From Vicugna vicugna (lineage: Eukaryota), in NCBI GenBank assembly GCA_013265495.1, contig MU058444.1, forward strand, positions 1,550,001-1,614,000: a DNA stretch of 64,000 nucleotides, written 5' to 3'. Within the stretch, counting starts at the first letter, position 1; every line of letters starts with the position of its first letter. The position numbers were made by a program, and so were the translations under genes. The notes under the pieces were generated by a model that saw only the letters and a list, made by a program, of their open reading frames with translations, was not told where the DNA came from and did no database searches. Of this stretch, positions 51,871 to 64,000 are shown piece by piece.

Positions 51871-53565
51871 TGGACTGATTTTAACGAGGAAGGAGTCATG
51901 AAATGCTCCTGGAAGAAGGAAAGCCTTATGCTGAGGTCATTGTTGGCGGTGTTGACGGTGACACTCCAGCACTGTGGAATAGCATGGAAAATAAAGAGTG
52001 AAATTGAATGGATTTACTTTTCATGCAGGCACCGAGAAATTGATTTGATCTGCTCCAGAAACATTGTGGAAGTCGACCATCTTCCTATCAGGCACCTCAG
52101 GGTAGTTTTTGCTGCAGAAACAAAGAAAACCCTAAAAGCTCACTCACTGCTCGGTGAGAGGACCCAGGCTGACAGAGCACCCCCTATCTGTGATGGCAGA
52201 GGTACAGCTGAAGGTGCTGACACTGCAAAATGTTTTATAGCTTCTGCTCGGATATGGCAAACGAGGCATTCAACCATATTTTACAAACTGAAATTAATCC
52301 CCTGTCTAGTCTCATCTGGACAGAGGTCCCTGTAAGGAAGGCCCCTCGCTAAATAGTTTCAACAATAGTAAAACCTAGCATGGTCAGTAAAAATTAAACT
52401 AGTGGTTCTTAACCTCTTTTGAATTCTTATGGCATCTTCTCAGAAAAAAATATAAATATGTAACAAACATGAATACTTTTCATTTACTTTCCTAGGCCTT
52501 GTGAAATCTCTGTAGTGTCCTCAGGGACCAGAGGCCACAGACTGTAGGTGAAGAGTCCTTGATTCTCTGGCTTTGATGTTCTGAAGCTTTGGGGCCAGGA
52601 GAAATCTTAGTCAGGTTACTATCAATTTTACAGAATTGAAAGGCCATATTTTGAGAAAACCAGAATAAACTCTTAATTTCATTGACTCTAAACTCTAATC
52701 TGTTTGTAAACACATAAAAATATATGAAATATATACAAAATATATAAAAAAATTCCACAGGATAAGTATAAATGACTGTATTAAATATTTGTAATCTAAG
52801 AAAATTTAAAAATCTCTAAATCTACATGATTTAGACTCCATTTTCAGCTATATTGGTTGAGCCATCTTAACAAAACTATTCTTTAGACTGAAGCCAGTCT
52901 GCTAAACTTCATCTGAACTTTTAACTCAGTCATTTGATCGGGCCTGAGAGAATAACAAAACACCTGTCGGTCAAGCAGTGTTACCTCTGTTCCTTTCAAG
53001 AAATTCTGCCAGATTTGTCAGACTGTAAGCTTACACATGCTCCATTAAAAGTCAGACGGGACTGCAATAACACTGAAGCAAGAAATCAACGAAGGATTGT
53101 TTCATTTCGGTTTTGAAGAATGGAAAAGAAAATCAACCAGCACCAAGAAAGCCCAAAGAGTAAATGATTTCTGTGCAGGGCACCGCTTTACCCACCTCGT
53201 TATGCATGTGAGATCCGAATTTTTGTTGTTTCTACTGATAATCATTATAAAGTCCATGAAAAAGGGTGAGAAAAATACTTTCGTTTAAGAACATTATTTT
53301 CATGTTTGTAATATTTAGCCAGGTTCAGATCATCTGAAAATTATAGTTTCATATTAAAATAATAAAAATAACCAGAAATTAACACATTGTAAATCAACTA
53401 TACTTTAAAAAAAGATTAAATAATATAAATATGCCACATAGATTTTAAAAGGGTTTTTTTTTCAAAACAAGGCCAGAATCAAATAAATATGATATAATAA
53501 GATGACTCAAAGAACTCTATAGTAATCAGTGCCAACATTCAAAACAGAAAATTTCTAGAAGCAGT

Positions 53566-54083
53566 TGTTACAGAGCCCAAACTCATTCTGCTCGCCACAT
53601 GAGGGGCCAATGGATCGGGAGACGAGGTGCTGGGGCAAGGAATAAGGACTTTATTCAGAAAGCTGTCAGGCTGAGAAGACAGCAGTCTAATGTCCTGGAG
53701 AACCATCTTTTCAAAGTAAGAATTTAGGCTTCTTTTATATTAAAAAGGTGAGAAGGTGTGTGCGGTTAGTTGTAGCAAACCTCTTGATGTGGGAATCCTT
53801 TGTTCTTGCAGCCGTCCACGTGGGCCAGGTCATGGTGTTCCTGTAAACCTCCAACAGGACAACTTTATATTCTGCAACTTTTTACCTTCATATGAATGGG
53901 AATGTGTTGTACCCTTAAAAGTCAGAGCCTTGAGAATGGGCTCTCCTATCTATTTCAGGCTCTAGGAAACATTCTTTTACAAAAGGTGCAGAACCAGCAT
54001 GGCTGAGCCCAGGAAACAGAGCACAGGGTTAGAGACAAAGGAACAGATCTAATATGGAGTCAGATTTGTTCTTCCCTATCACA
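53566..54083 (-). mobile_element. solo ERV (class I-like) LTR, copy B
   Basis: 518 bp with TG...CA termini, collinear with 46093-46612. Confidence 0.9.
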
Positions 54084-56912
54084 TGTTGATTTACAAAGAA
54101 ACTCTTTTCAAAGTGTAGGTGGAGAGTAGGAGAGGCACAGGAACACTGCAGTATTTAGAGTTTTCTTGGAGGAAGAGGTGAGAGGACACAGAACCAAGGA
54201 CCAGAGTCTTGTAGGGAAATCTGCCTAGGGAAGAGAAATGACTTTGGGTGGAAGTCACCATCTCCCCAAGACGACCCCCCAGGGAAGACGGGATCAAGGC
54301 TGACCTCCCTGCCTGCCTCCCTCTGATAAGCTGGGACTCCGGTTGGGAAAACCCAGCTCGAAGAAGCCAGAAGTCAAGGAAACCATTTGAAGCTGGGAGC
54401 AGATCTCAAGGAGGAAATAGGAGGGATCTGTCCCAAGATACGTAAGTACAGAATTGGATGGTTTTGAGAAAATTACATAATATGACCATATGAGTGGATT
54501 ACACTCCAGCTCAATCTTTTAATTGCAAAGTAGCATTAAATCCTGCTTCATCATTACTTCCATCTACTTCTCCCATGGGGGTGAGTGAGAAGGGGGAACA
54601 GGCTTCCCCAGGCTTCCCTGGTCTACAAACTCCTTAAGGAGATGCCATATCTTATAAATCTCTCTGTCCTAAGCAACAGCACATATTTAACACACAATAA
54701 ATATTTATTAAATTAAGTGAATGAATAAGTGGACAAATTATGTCTAAGTAGGAAGGGAGTGATGTAAATAAATCCCAAAAGTAGATGTGGAAATCTATGT
54801 AACACAGCTTGTCGGTCCCAAACAGAACTCCTCCGGTGGTTCTCGTAAACGTATGTGAAACTGAGATATTTTAAATTCTGTGACACTCTGACCTATAGTG
54901 CAAAATTATTCCTTTAGGTAATTCCATACAATTCTCTGTATATCTAAACATACAATGGGCCCTGTGTGTTCAATTTATTTTATGGTGAGATGGTTCTCAA
55001 ATATATCATTACACACTCCTCCAGTTTCTTTGGGTGTTATATGGGAATATATTCATCTCTAACTGAAAACAGGATGATTTGTTGGACTGGAACTGGTACT
55101 CACTTAGGCCACCCTGGAGAAATAAATCTCAACACTTTCAGGGGAGCCGGAGGAGCCTTGTTCTTTTGGCCTCCACTTGGCTCACACAGGGAGTGATCAT
55201 CTTTAAATAGCATAAGTCAAAGTCCCTTAGAGACCTGAAACGTGTAGCTAAGTGCACTTCCAAGTCCGTTCTCACTTGACTGGAAACAGGGCTCCCTGTG
55301 TAACTCACTCTCAGAAAGCCCCTCTCCTCGGGCTAATTAGGAAGTCGTTTTCCTCTGTCCAGCCCTTTTCCTCCTTTCTCCCCCTACACCTGGAGACATC
55401 TAGAGGACTTCCCCAAGTGACATAGACAATTACGTGGAGAAGGAAGGAGGCCACAAGTAAATGGGCCACTTCTTGGTAGACTTCCTTATAGAACCCAAGG
55501 AGCTTTTGTTCAAAGTTTATGCATTTGACCTTGAGTGTTGGTATGACAAAAATATCACATATCTAATAGATGGTGGAGGAAGAAATTGAAGAAAGAAGAG
55601 GACAAAGGAAGGAAGGGAAAGAGGGGTGCAGGGAGAGAGGGACAAAGGAAATGAGGGAGAAAGAAAGGGATTTTTTTTTCCCTTACTTATCCATTCATGA
55701 TTCTTAGGTCGAAGTCTTCACATCAAAGTAACAAAGAAAACTAGAGAAAATATGTAGGAGAGACAAGATGTGTCACCCCTAATCTTCCTTAGACACGATC
55801 TCAAGGTCATAGTTTGATGGATTTTAAACTTTAAACTAGAGACGAAAAGGACTAGAAAGAAAAAGAGGCTTTTCTAATGCAGGAATAGTGTACTGACTTG
55901 GGTGAACTTTAAAGACTCTAAATTAAGAGTCTAATAAAAATTCTAAATTAAGACAAAGCAATTTTGGTAAAAAGATGTGACCTCCATATGAAGAAAGACT
56001 AGGGGCTTTATAGTCACTGTGTCTATGACACAGTGTCTATAGTTGTGTCTGTGACTCCAAACGTGTCTTTCAACAATGAAAAACAGGATTCTGATCATGA
56101 CACCATTAAGTGTTCATAAGACGAACTAAAAACAAACACTGAGAAGACACTTTCCTTGAAACTGAGAGGACTTCTGTGATTACTCAGAAAGAAGACATTA
56201 CGTGATGCAGAGAAAACAATAAACAGTAAATTGAAGATATTGGTATATATGACCCATAAGAACCTTTCCAGCTCCTCCAGAGTGTTCCAAGGACTTGGAG
56301 GTCTAGTGGGTTCCTTCTTTAAACCAAAACATTCATCTTTGGGAGGCTGCTTTCAACAATCAGCCAGTGTACAGCTAACAGTCCTGCAAAGCCATCCAGT
56401 GAAGTTCATTATCAACGGGTACATTCTGACAACGAGTTTATCTTCGTGGCCACAATCTGAAATTATCCTGTCTAAAGCTAGACATTCATTGGATGGTTGA
56501 GGTTTTAATGGTGGGAACTGAATGACATAATTTTTAACTTGATTTTTTTTAATGTTTTCAAACATACACATGCCTTAGGATTTGTCAGATGCTCAGATGG
56601 GTAGAACCTAGTGGGAAAGTGGGGGAAACACAAGATGAGAATGTCAAAGTTAGAAAAGAACTAATCACACAGGCCTGCCTGAGCCATGGTTAGAAATCAT
56701 ATTTTAGTCTCTGAGCAACTTGAAGCAATTAAAAAATTTAAAGCAGAGGATTAGATGGCCTGGTCTATTATTTCTATTTTGTTTGAAGACTCTATTTGCT
56801 CATGTGCTGGACTGGAGTAAATTTTCTAAGGACAGTGGCAGTAACTTCATCTGATATACTTGCTGAACTAACTACAATTGCGTTATGTCTGATTATCAGT
56901 ACTTGTCGGGTG

Positions 56913-57420
56913 TGTGGTAGTCATCACCTCCCCATACTCATATCCCGTGCAATTCTCTACATTTGAGCGTAGACCAAGATTGTGCCTTGTTTCTAACTAA
57001 CAAAATTTGCCAGATGTGATGGAAACTCACTTCCATGATGGCATTGGGTGACGTGACAACTTCCATCTTGCCAGCAGGCTGTGTATCTTTCCTGCCTTGC
57101 ATACTCTGATAGAATAAGATGCCATGTGGGAGAGGTCCAGGTGACAAGGTATCGCCAACAGCCTGACACCTTCAACCCAACTTCCCTTAGTTTTGTCAGC
57201 TTCTCTACTTGCAAGTAGCTCCTTCCTCAGTCAAGCCTTTGGGTGAGACCACAGCCCTCACTGACATCATGACTGCAGCCTTATGAGAGACCCTGAAGCA
57301 GAGGAGCCAGTGAGGTCACGCTGAGATTCCTGACCTGCAGAAACTGTAAAATAACACGTATATGTTGTTTTAGGGCACGACATTTGTAGCAATTGATCAT
57401 ATGACAATAGATAAACAGAA
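56913..57420 (+). mobile_element. MaLR solo LTR (MLT1E/F/G-like)
   Basis: tgtggtag start; gccatgtgggagaggtcca; gactgcagccttatgagagaccctgaagcagagga; gattcctgacctgcagaaactgt; caatagataa end. Confidence 0.82.
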
Positions 57421-60400
57421 TTACAAGGAGGGGGCACTCAATTCACACTAATTCATTCTGCTCTGAGAATGTCTTTTCCATACACAGATGGGTGTCCAGG
57501 AATCCTATTTGGGCTAAGAGACCAGGCACATTGACCACACCATTAACCCACGGACAGTCTCCTGACCTGAACTGGGACATTCAGAATCTGTCTCCCGAGA
57601 ACGGAACAGTTGGAAAAGAGAGATAATAGAGACAGGATGGTACATCACCAGTGCCACTCTAGAGAAAAGGCTGGAATAGGATACTCATTGCTGAGGGTAC
57701 AAGTCAATAGACCATGAATCTCACAATGACAATGGCAAAGTGGGTATATTTCAAAGACTCTCCTACAAACTAGACACAAAACCAGAATTTATCTACACAT
57801 CACTTTAAATCATAATGCAGGTGTGAAAAAACAATTTCAGAAATGTTTCATCTCATAACCACAGCCCTTCATTTTATATAGAGAAGAATTGAGTTAAACT
57901 TGTGGACAATATTTTTTTTTGTCAACAAGCTTTATTGTGGACAATGGAACTTGAGAATACAGGATGTCATCCCTACTCATGGGACTGTGGTTAAAGGCAG
58001 CAATCAGTGATAAAGCGTTTAAGCTGGAAGTAGAGGAAGATTAAATTACTTGTGATTTTGAGAGAATAATATGAAAAATGCACAGACATCTTTCAGGAAA
58101 TGGAAACTATGTGAAGGGTAACATGTGATGAAAATCCATTTTTCTATTTGTAAAATAAATAGATTAGACCGAATGTATTCCTAACCTCCCTTGAAGTTGT
58201 AACTGTTTAGGACCCAACAGAGAACACATTATAAAGAAAAGAAAAAAAAAAGAATCGAGTGAGTATCTTTACAGCTGCCACTCCCTCCTCCTCCAGAAGA
58301 GAGCAGCACTAAGGAACAGGGTGGAAGATACAACACAGCTAAGGCTTCTCATTAAATGTCATAAATAAACCAAGTTAAAAGAAAGATGCTTGAATCCAAG
58401 AAAAAGGCAGGTAAGATATCTAGAAAGCTATTTGTGGAATTAATGCAAAGGTATAAGCTTGAATTATTATTTACAATGATTTAATAATTAATCCTGTATC
58501 ATCCGTCAAACACAATTACTAATACACAAAAATCACCAACAATCTAACGGGGCCGTAAGTTAGCATCAGTTTCCTTTCTAAAAGAAGCACTATTCTTAGT
58601 TCACAGTGAGGCAGAAAATGATGCTCAAAACCTCAGTGTTAATTCGAGGCACCGGGAGAGGCAGCAGCCACTCTGACTCTAGAAACTGTAATCTGATTAG
58701 CGTGGCATTCCTGGCTGGGTGGTGAGAGCATGGAAATTTGAATAACTACTTTTCTCGTCTTAAATGTGTATGCATTATCGCAAGAGACGGAGAAACTGAC
58801 TTGTCGAGCTGAAATAAGATGCACGTTTGTTTTTCTGTGCGGTCTTTCTTTTCTTGAAGTCGGATTCAAACTATTTACAAAGTCTACCAAAAATACAGAC
58901 AGGAACAATGGTGGAACTTTGAATTATTTCAACCTCCTCTTTTTTCGCCCCTCGGGCTGTACACACACATAACCACCAAGAGCTAAATTGTGCCCTTAGC
59001 TGTGGAAAGGATGCCTTACAGAAAGTCTCATGTGTGGATTTATGGTGGAATTTGGCCCAATATCCCGTCTTAGGCTGATCCAGTTTTGTTTGTTCGTCAC
59101 ATTTTCCTGGTTCAATAGCCGTTACCTTAATTGTCATTTGTCTGTGTGTCTGTTAGTATATTCTGAAAAAAAGGCTAGAATTAGGCAAAACATTTCAAAA
59201 ATAGGAGATATTGGGAATTTATTTAGTTCAGGGACATTTTTCTTATAATCTATGCACATGTGTGTATTTTAGTCATCAGTCTTTCATGTGTATGCAAATA
59301 CATTTTGCCTGTAGGTAAAGGTTGTAGGAGATCCACTTATTTAATGGGTCCCTTGTTAAAATAACTCAAGAAGAGAAACATAATTCAAGAACAAAATTAT
59401 TCAAGTGTAATATAATTCAAGTGTCAAAACAATGAGGCAGAATTCTGAACTTTCATGACACCCACCTAAGAAAAAAGTCACATTTTTATCAATGAAATAA
59501 TTGTGCTTTGGAATAGTATGAATGGCTGGCTCTGTAGATACAACATATGTAGTTGGTTTATGTAAAACATTCATAGAACCGAAATAAAACATCAAATCAT
59601 TTGTATAGCAGTGAAAATTACAGTGTGGTAAATATAAAGATAAATTGGACAACAGTTCAAGAGACAAAGAATTGGGCGGGGGGTCTGGTGGCCAAAAAAA
59701 AAAAAAACAACAACAGCTCAGCTATCAATTCCAAATAAGAGGAAACACCTAGAACACTTTGTTGAGAATGAGTTATGGACCACAGCTGGGATCTGTAGGA
59801 CAAATTAATTGCAATTTTTACCACGTACAGGAATGGAAAGAAGTGTGTTTGGGGGTGGAGGGAAGGAGTCGAAATGTGCAGCACCTCTGTCCTAAGCAAC
59901 GTTGCCCACAGGTAATCAACTCTGTGATTTCCCCCAAGTCTTTTTTCAGCTTCACTATTTATAAAACAACAAGGCTGGGCGACAGTATATCTAAGATTGT
60001 TTTCAGTTTTATTATTTTAAACCTGTGCAAAGTATACGCATGCAGCTTCGGGAATAAACACTTAAGATTACAGGTAACATGAAAACTTTGTAAACATATA
60101 ACCCAACTTGATGTTTCTCTTAGAAAAACTGAGTGAGAAGACATACTTCAGGATGATCCAAAAAAACCTGACTGAGATGCCAGTTACGAGTTTTGCTTGC
60201 TGGGTAACGTTACAACTATACTCCACACTTGGATTTATGAAAACAACATGTCCAAGTGTTTCAAGAAGAAATCACTGTTCACTGTTTCCACACCAGAGGC
60301 TAGAATCATTCCATAAAGCAGCCTCATGACATTAACAACATGAAACAGCACCGTTTAGGGATCTGTCTAGGCGTCTACCTGTCCCCCAGCTACCAAGGAT

Positions 60401-61213
60401 CACATGCCTGTAACAATTCGGAAGACACTGTTAACAACAGATACAAATCCATCAGTATCTCGTTAATTTCTAACCTCAAGAAGGAGAAAAAAGATGTCGT
60501 CAAGATACGAAAGGCAAGAAAGGCTGTAGTAATTATGGCAGGACAGCTTAACGTGGCATGTCTTAAATCAAACCTGAATCCTTGGTGTCTTCTGCTCTGT
60601 GTTGACCCAAACCCGAACCTGTGACTCCAACTCAAGTCCCAGCCTATTAAAACCTTATTGGTAAAATGCAGGTGGCGTTCCCTTCTACTTTGATCTTTTT
60701 TTCTGGCTCTTGACAGTTGAAAGGAGCAGAGTACATGGAAATAACTACCTCCTTCTACCTAGAAACTGTTTTATCTAAGAACGGTTCTAATATTCAGAAA
60801 GAAAACTGAAAATATTGAATGAGAAAAATCAGTGCTGAAGACACAGACTGATTTGTGACACTGTAATTCTGCTTCAGCAAATGACTGCTTGTCTTTAAGC
60901 GTGGGAGGGAGTTGGGATCAGGCAGTCAGAGAGAATAATTTAGACACACCATGGCCAAGGTAACTTTTCCTAATTTCAGGAAGGGCTTCACAAGTGCTGA
61001 CACATGTGAGGGGAACAACCTTCCCTTCTCTTCATTCTTTGTTGTGAGAAGACCAGCAGAATCACACGATTGAAGGTGAAGTGAAAACCAACTGAACAGA
61101 GCAGAGAAAGACGCAGCAGAGGACTAGGCTTCCTCACATAGAGCACTGGTGGATGATGGCAAGAGATCCAGCGAGCAGGGTCATAAAACTTGATTATTTT
61201 CCTCTTAAGTCTT

Positions 61214-61403
61214 CTTTTGTTTTGTTTTGTCTTCTGTCTTTTGAACAATCTCTTTCTTCATTTATTTTTATTATTTTTTGGGGGGGTGGTAATTTGTTTA
61301 TTTATCTCATTTATTTTCAGAGGATGTCACCGGGATCGAACCCAGGACCTCGTGCTTGCTAAGCATGCGCTCTGCCACTCAAGCTCTACCCTCCCTCCTA
61401 CCC
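61214..61403 (-). mobile_element. tRNA-Ala-derived SINE
   Basis: gggatcgaacccaggacctcgtgcttgctaagcatgcgctctgccact head in reverse with a T-rich tail. TSD CTTAAGTCTT at 61204-61213 and 61404-61413. Confidence 0.92.
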
Positions 61404-61739
61404 CTTAAGTCTTAAGTAGGTTGCTTCTCACATAGAGTCCTTGAGCGCATTAAGAGCTAGACAAGGCCTATCCTCTGGAGTTACTCTGACTCTAAAATGC
61501 AGAAGTTTCCCTCTCAAGGAGGAGAACAAGTTAAGCCATAATACCTGTAGATTTCTGAGCAAGGAAGAAAATTGTACATAGCTATTTATGTCTTACTAAA
61601 TCCTTCTTTGTGCAGTTTTCAAAAAGTCACTCTGGCAAAGATGGCTGGTTTTTATCAAAATCGATTCCTCTCTCTCTCCCGGCAAGAAGGTCGTAGCCGG
61701 GTGCATCACTGGGCTGGAAAGGCATCTCCCACACACCCT

Positions 61740-62070
61740 TGCCCCTGGTGGGGCCACAGGCATCAGTTCTGTGAATGCAACTGGACAGAAGTGGGGGGAG
61801 CCGCTTTCTGGCCTGGGTCCTGCTTTATTTAACCTTGGAAGTTCATGGTCTTTTCCCCCCTCCCGTGAGCTGGAGGGCACTCTCCTGTGACCCAGCGTGA
61901 ACCGTGCTGATGAGGACAGAGCCCAGGAGGAGTAATGCCCCGAATGGCTGTATGGGGCGGAGACCCCCACCCCAACAACCCAGATTGTTTCTCTAAGGTC
62001 TACGTGAGAGAAAAATAAGTTAAATTTCTTTCAGCTGTGGGATTTGAAAGGCTTTGTGGCAGCAACTGAA
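61740..62070 (+). mobile_element. ancient MaLR LTR remnant
   Basis: agttctgtgaatgcaactggacagaagtg...ctttctggcctggg...gtgagagaaaaataagtt...gggatttg...tttgtggcagca. Confidence 0.45.
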
Positions 62071-64000
62071 GTTTGGATTAAATGATTTTCTGCAAGTATT
62101 TTTATATGTATTGTGCAGTGTCACATATATGACAAAACAGTGACTATGGAAGCGAATAGAACTGTGTATGCCCGAACCCCAAATACAAAGGCCCCTCCAC
62201 GTGCCCTGCCTCTTGTGTGAGGAAAAGTTAAGTCTCCCAGGCCTCCCTGAGCCGTGAAAAGAGCAGATTCAAGCAGCTAATGATTAGGCCGGTGCAGCCA
62301 CAGACTCAGTGTTCGGTGCACATCCCTGAGTCACTTTAATGACACTGTTAACTGCCCGCAGATGGGAAAAGCTAACTGCAACATGACCAGACTGCAGCCA
62401 TGGCAAAAGCTGCTCCAGCCTGAGCAGGGCGGAATCTGTGGCTTGAATTCTAAGAATTGGACTTAAGAGAATGGGGTTAACACTATCGCTCAAAATAATC
62501 TACATCTTGGTGGGAATTAAAATAATTGTAGCTTGTTCTGCCTGTATATGTAAGCAGGTAACTAAAACTGTCAGCAAAGAGATGCTTCAACCTCATGTCG
62601 ATATCTTCTTTAAGACCTCGATGTCCTTTCTTAGCATCAAGCAGTTACAGAAGACCGACTTCATCCCTAATCCCATACAAATGGGGTATCTGACGGGGGG
62701 GGGGCGTCTTTTGTAAGGAGCCCTTTGCAGGAAACCACCCTCAGCAGGAAATCTCCTTTGCCTTGGCACTTTAGCAAAGCTACACTGTAACTAACCTTTC
62801 AATCAGGTGCTCCATGCTCTAACATCTCTGACCCTAGCACACCTTTCAGATCTTCTGGTCCCAGGTTCAGATGAAGAGGTTCAACCCCCAGACCTGACCA
62901 GTCTGCACACAAGCGGTCTCTCAGGAGGGGAACTGGGCCGCCCTCAGTGGGCGACTCCGGGAAACAGACTCGCCAGAGAGCCACGAGCAGCAACGTCTTG
63001 GCCACTTGTGTCACTAAGTCCAAGCCTGCATTGCTTACCACGAGACATGCCAATAAATCGAGAGACATGTCACTGGGCCAAGGAATAGCAACTTTATTAT
63101 ATCTGTTTCCACAAGCGCTTTAGGCAGAGCACCATTTTAGGTGTCTCTGGATTCTTCCGTTGAGAAGAATAAAACTGGGGGGCCCTTGACCTGCAAATAA
63201 TGTTCAGTCTGAAGATTTTTGCAACCAAATTCCACACAGGACAATGAGCATCTCCAAACTTCAGGACCAGACACTGACTGGATGCGGCCACCTGCGCCGC
63301 CATGAAGATGCAGCCGTGCTTCTCAGCCTCTGTCTGGGGCTTTCGACCCAACACAAGACCCTTTACCAAGCTCTCTGCTGAGAACCTCGGCCCCAAACAT
63401 CCCCTCCGGCGATGCAAATCAAAGTAACTTTCCCCTTAAGCAGCTATGTTCGCTGTTGGTTCATGAGACATTTAACAACGACAAATCCTTTACCAGCAAA
63501 CATATTGTGACACAGATCAGTGGTACAGAAAGACACGTCATTCATGCGGAGCAAGGTGCTGTTTAGGAGTTGAAACGGGACGGAGATGACAGTTAAAAAA
63601 GTGATGTTGGATTATGAATATCTTTTAAAAAAGAAACAAACCTTTAGCATCAGCAGTTTACTAAGCTTGTGCCTTTTACAAGGACAGCAAACTTAGGAAA
63701 ACATCAAGGGTCAAACACTCACCCAGAAAAGCTTGGTACAAGAGGAATGGAAAGCTCGTGGTTCCGAGTAGACAAGCCGGTGTTAGAAACACGTTCAGAA
63801 GCGAATCGCCCTAATGACAGAGCTCTAGCATCTTAGGCGTCTTCAGACGTAGAAAGGAGTCATAACTCCCAGGGGCCTCCCTTCTCCACTGTGAAAAGAA
63901 AAAGAGAGAAAAGAACTGCCACACAAGCTGGGACGAGTTCTTTCTTTTCCGGGGAAGAAACCGTCACCCTGAACATCTCATTGCCCTTGCGTGGCCCTAC

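Noticed and set aside
46093..54083. Intact provirus bounded by the two LTRs
   Set aside because: The interior is host sequence with L2 and L1 debris and no gag/pol/env. The L2 continues across LTR copy A, so the LTRs are separate solo elements.

Overview
This is mammalian non-coding DNA (intergenic or deep intronic). It is most likely camelid (Camelus/Vicugna/Lama), judged from six copies of a tRNA-Ala(AGC)-derived SINE and the associated L1 3' ends. I could not recognise any host protein-coding exon. The ORFs that do resemble proteins are all decayed LINE-1 ORF1/ORF2 pieces; the rest look like chance ORFs or artefacts of the 913-N gap (2040-2952). The window is dominated by interspersed repeats: L1, L2, MIR, MaLR/ERVL LTRs, two related solo ERV LTRs and a young-looking short-R LTR that runs into the gap. 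The most notable structure is a TSD-flanked 3.1 kb L1 (14154-17252) with a complete CpG-rich 5'UTR, ORF1 and 3' end but almost no ORF2, making it a half-L1 (HAL1-like), spliced or template-jump candidate. Other observations are a twin-priming L1 inversion, a tail-less internal L1 endonuclease fragment between direct repeats, uneven divergence between the two LTRs, a ~310 bp dispersed duplication, an AT-rich nested palindrome and a few non-coding exon candidates. Repeat family names come from recalled consensus similarity, not database searches, and boundaries of old repeats are approximate. Nothing here proves a new biological system.
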